Part shown: one piece after another, positions 59,634 through 64,000 of the stretch
Position numbering within the stretch: the first letter of the stretch is position 1
Layout: every line of letters begins with the position of its first letter
Assembly: GCF_032191835.1 (NCBI RefSeq)
Contig: NC_083234.1
Span: 51,274,001-51,338,000 of the forward strand
Direction: 5' to 3'
DNA length: 64,000 bases
Source: Heteronotia binoei
Taxonomy: Eukaryota
The notes under the pieces: model-generated
The model's database searches: none
What the model saw: the letters and a program-made list of their open reading frames with translations, nothing else
Told to the model about the DNA's origin: nothing
Translations under genes and position numbers: made by a program

Positions 59634-62600
59634 CTGCTGTAATTCAAAGACCCCTCGGGAATAATCTTGCCATAAGGGGACAATAGGAATCTAATCAAAT
59701 CCCGATCCATCATCAGCCAAACAGCTGGCTTCCTGCTGCTGAACTTGTGGACCACTGATGAACCTCATCAGAAAGCCAAGCCAAAAAACAGCAGGATGTA
59801 CAAGACCTGGGTAATTTTAAATGCCACTTTTTCTTAGAGGTGGCTGGCAGCCAAACTACCTGGGCCTCTGATCCCAGGCCAAGAAAGCAATAGGGACAGC
59901 CTTCAAAAAAGCATTGAAGTTGAAGGTAATTGCATGGATGAGCTCAGGGAAAACATGATCCCTCTGAAGCCACAGGATTTGCATTCCTGAAGAATATTTA
60001 AAACTTGCAGAATTTAAACACACAAGGAATAGGATGACCTGGGAATTAATGGCATGGAGTACATCACTCCCAGTACCCAGAGGGGTAGTTCATGCTACTT
60101 CTTCCCCCATCCCCCATGACTGAGATGACCCATGCACAAGAAACCCAACTTTCTGTGAAGCCTCTGGCAAAAACCATTAGTTCTTTTCCTCACATTCATG
60201 TAACTGAAATGAACACACACACCAGTTTACACCCACTTTCACCTCCCTCACCTAGTTCTTGTGTCAGATTTTGGATTCTAAGCTCCTTGACTGTAAGGTC
60301 CTCTGTAAAGTGCCATGCCTACCACCGGTGAAGGAAGAAAGCAAGCCAGCAAGCTTGGGATGACAAATTTTGTTCCCAGTGTAGGATTCTGTATTTGTGT
60401 GATAAGCCTGTGGGCACTTCAAATAAAAATCCACAAAGATAGCTGCAGGTCTGGTATGGATGGAAGGAAAGATATTAACAGTGTTAATATCTGCTCATGT
60501 ATCTTCTCATCCATAACAGGCCTATATCTTTATTGAATGCAATAAATAGAACTGTTATGTATGGGAGTGTGTGTGCTAATTTAGTACTAATTGTAACATT
60601 CCTCAGACTGGGCATTACTTTGGACATTAGACCTGAAGCAGCTTTGGACATTAGACCTGAAGCGGCACCAGAAGGAACTTCCTTGTCAGAATCATCAGTT
60701 CAAGAAACTGTTCTGCCTGCCACTGCTATCTTGACAGACAAGTCTTTTTTCCCTCCGGTTGGGCATCACCAAGGGGTGTGTTTTCAGACAGCTGTACTTT
60801 AAGAAGCTGACTTGCTCTCTTTGGAAATCTTCTGTTTTGAAGGAGTTAGAAACTGAAAGACACTCAGTAAATCTGGCAGGAGAATTCTCTTTAGCCCATA
60901 AGTTACCTGACACTTTAAGTCAGTCTTTAGCTACTGATAGTTGTCTGCTGTTGTTGACTTGTGTGTTCCCAGCCTCAACAACCCTCCCAGGTTACCACAA
61001 TGCATTAAGAAGTACAACTATAGTTCTTCTCCTGTGAAGCCTCTGTACCTCACTTCACATCATTTTTTTAAAAAAATTTAGTACACACATCATTTTTTTA
61101 AAATTTTGGTTGTGAGGAAAATAAAGAAATGTGGACATGGAAAGGTTTCTCCTCAGCATGGCATCCCAGTTGCATCACTTCAATTTGTGAGTAGTTTCGG
61201 TCAATGGAAAATGACAGCAAGTTTCTCCAAACTCCTGCCATTCAGCACACAAAGTCTCACAAAGTCTGCTTAGTCCAATATCAAGAGACCACATCATCCC
61301 AAGAGATAGTGGTCTTTGGTAGATGTTACCCAGAAACGAGATAGCTGAGTGCTGCCCCCTTCTCTTCTTTCTTGTCACTCACACAAACTACTGACAATTC
61401 TCAGAGCAAGCTTCTCTCTCCAGTTATTGTTTACAGAGTTCCCCCTTTGGGGACTCAGAAAGAGTGAGGGGAGCCTCAGCTGCCTCTACAGGTGCTTCTG
61501 GATTGCCAGGGAATCCCAACTGACTCTGTATGGGACATCTTTTGGCTGATAGGACTGATTTCTTTTTGGACTGGATCTTGTTTTGAACAAACCTTTCTCT
61601 GTAACAACACCCCCCATTTTCCTATTGTGCTTATAAACTGGACTGCTGTATTAACACTCCAATGCATCTGATGAAGAGAGTTTATGCTGGACTAAAAACT
61701 TAGTCTGGAAAAAAATTATGGCATTGGACTCCGGTTTTATTCTGCTGCTACTAGAGACTAACATGGCTACTCATCTTGAATTATCTTCTTGAGCTTGGGA
61801 TGAAGCATGTCACATGTTCTATAGATGGGCTTGTGCCCATCTACTTGACAGAACATGTTTTCTACACCCTTCTCTCCATTCTGTTGGGGAAGCCCTGCGT
61901 TGCCTTCTTTCACTTCACTGAGATCAATGTGGATCTCTTTTCGACATCCTTCCAAAGAATCACTTGCAGCTGCCAGTCTCCCTGCTCTTTAGAAAAATAT
62001 GGACTATTTACTGTCAGATTATTTTATTATTGTGCTGGTTGTTTGATACTGTTTTCACATTTTTAAATCATGGTTATGTTTTGTCCCAGAAATACCAGAA
62101 TCTCTCATTTTTATCTTCTGGTTTTGTATCATATGAATGCTGTAAGCCATTTTTAATGCATTACAGAGAAAGCACTCATCTATTTTATAAACAAATTTGC
62201 ATGAGAATCCACACAGAGCAGGATTTCTCTGAACATTTCCTGTTGGCAGTGTTAGGACTGTCTTGGCACAGATCATCTGATGGCTGATCTCCTCTGGATG
62301 GCCCCAGGCCTTAATTACCAGCAGGAGAGGAAAGTCATCAGAGGAATTTTTCCCAGCATGCCAGGAAGTATCTAGTGGTTCGAGTGTTGGGCTTCCCGTG
62401 GGCAGTCAGTACTGACCTGCAAGTAGACAGAGATGTTTACTTTAGCTAGCCAAGTTCCTATTGTTTATTTTAAGTGGGGTGCTAAAAAAATATTTTACAT
62501 GACAAACAGGTCACGAAGCTAGTCAAAGGAAAAGGGCGCCAACAGCTTAAATACAAAACAAAAAATGTTATATAGTGATTTATGTGCTTATATTTGTCTG

Positions 62601-63214
62601 TGTTAACTAAAATAACTGAATAGCTTATCTGTAGTTCTTCCAGAGATCTAAAAATTCCCCTGCTCCAGGGAAGCTACCAAGGTTCTAAATCTCAAAAGCA
62701 TTCTGCCCCCCCACACACACACACACATCAGTTTCCTTGGTAACCCATGCTTCTTTTTGTCCTGGAGCTGAACAGACTTCCATGTCTAGGTTACTACATC
62801 TACTTTTAAAAGAATCTCTGGCCACATTTCCAGAAAGATAAAACAAACTCTCATCAAAACCTCTACGTAGGAATTTGTCCCACTTTTGTTTACTGCTGCT
62901 CATGATTTGGTTCCCAGATCCATTCAACTCACACCTGGCGCCAAACTTCCAGTCTAAGTCCTTCTCTGGGAGAGTATTCCACACTTAAGCCTGTCCATAA
63001 GCCCTTTTTTTGCTCACCCTCATTATTCAGCACAGGATATTAAAATAAGGCAACTGGATTCCCCACTCCCTCCCCTCCCCACCCCCAATAACCCACAGGC
63101 CTCTGGATGACTCCCATTTGGAAGGGGCTGCCTGCGGAGCTGTACATCAGCTGGAGGAGTCTGATCCCACTGGAGGAGTCTGATCCCACTTCTTGAAGGG
63201 CTATGAAGCTTCTC

Positions 63215-63560
63215 ACTGTATGCCCTGTAACATCTGGATTAGATCATTGTAATGCACTCTATGTGGGGCTGCCTTTGAAGACTGTCTGGAAGCTGCAGTT
63301 GATACAGAATACTTACCCAGAGTATTGACTGGAGTGAGTCATAGAGACCATATAACTCCAGCCTTGTTCCATCTATACACTGGCTTCCATTTTGCTTCAT
63401 GGCTCAAGTTATGGTGTTCAATTCATGGTATCGACGTCTAAAGCCCCGTCTGGTCCGGGGTCATCATTCTTTAAGGACCGCCTTCTTCTACATGAATCTA
63501 CCTGCTCACTTCGGCCATCTTTGGAGGTCCTGTTTTGGTTGCTCCTGACATTTGAGTCTA
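63215..63560 (+). mobile_element. Old L2 fragment
   Basis: LDHCNALYVGLPLKTVWKLQLIQN...HITPAL..HWLP-like, with frameshifts. Confidence 0.7.
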
Positions 63561-63698
63561 GATAGGCGTTTTCTCAGTTGTGGCACCAAAACTCTGGAGC
63601 CTTCCCCCAACAAGGGTGATTCAGCTGTCTCCCGCTATCAGTGTCTTCCACTGGAAGGTGAAGATTCCTTTGTTTCATATCCCCTATAATGGTTACTA

Positions 63699-63988
63699 GA
63701 GCCCTGTGGCACAGAGTGGTAAGCTGCAGTACTGCAGTCCAAGCTCTGCTCACGACCTGAGTTCGATCCTGGCAGAAGCTCGGTTCAGGTAGCCGACTCA
63801 AGGTTGACTCAGCCTTCCATCCTTCCGAGGTCGGTAAAATGAGTGCCCAGCTTGCTGGGGGTAAAGTGTAGATGACTGGGAAAGGCAATGGTAAGCCATC
63901 CTGTAAAAAGTCTGCCATGAAAATGTCATGAAAGTGATGTGACCCCAGATTCGGAAATGACGGGTGATTGCACAGGAGACTACCTTTT
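63699..63988 (+). mobile_element. Sauria-type SINE
   Basis: Same family as 40519-40821; tail gattgcacaggagactaccttt. Confidence 0.85.
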
Positions 63989-64000
63989 TATAATGGTTAC

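Noticed and set aside
59755-59774. Hammerhead candidate CTGATGA...GAAA
   Set aside because: CTGATGA pairs with its own complement TCATCAG; no stem II or helix III
1-64000. CRISPR arrays, operons or other prokaryotic systems
   Set aside because: Spliced vertebrate genes and eukaryotic TEs throughout; no regularly spaced repeat-spacer array

Overview
Vertebrate genomic DNA. The repeat content (Sauria-type SINEs, BovB, CR1, recent-looking L2, 5S-headed SINEs, Penelope remnants) points to a squamate reptile, probably a gecko (inference). There are five spliced genes in the order known from human 2p11.2: USP39 (minus; coding exons 1-10, remainder off the left edge), C2orf68 homolog (plus; complete, 170 aa), TMEM150A (plus; complete, 271 aa), RNF181 (minus; complete, 157 aa) and VAMP5 (minus; exons 2-3, ATG exon not found). 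I placed the exons by hand using splice signals and reading phase. The most notable items are: (1) a 4.6-kb class II (betaretrovirus-like) endogenous provirus with both LTRs, a 6-bp TSD, PBS and PPT, inserted antisense about 115 bp after the C2orf68 stop codon, with an ASLV-like env remnant and nested CR1/SINE insertions that look older than its LTR pair; (2) an apparently intact Penelope-type minimal hammerhead ribozyme in USP39 intron 5, plus several decayed relatives including a large inverted-arm element; (3) a U12-type minor intron in TMEM150A and a GC-AG intron in USP39; (4) an unmasked-looking Gypsy relic, hAT MITEs with perfect TSDs, and two distinct 5S-derived SINE families. I found no prokaryotic systems, CRISPR arrays, or true rRNA/tRNA genes. 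Nothing here is demonstrably a new biological system; family assignments rest on motif recognition and need database confirmation.
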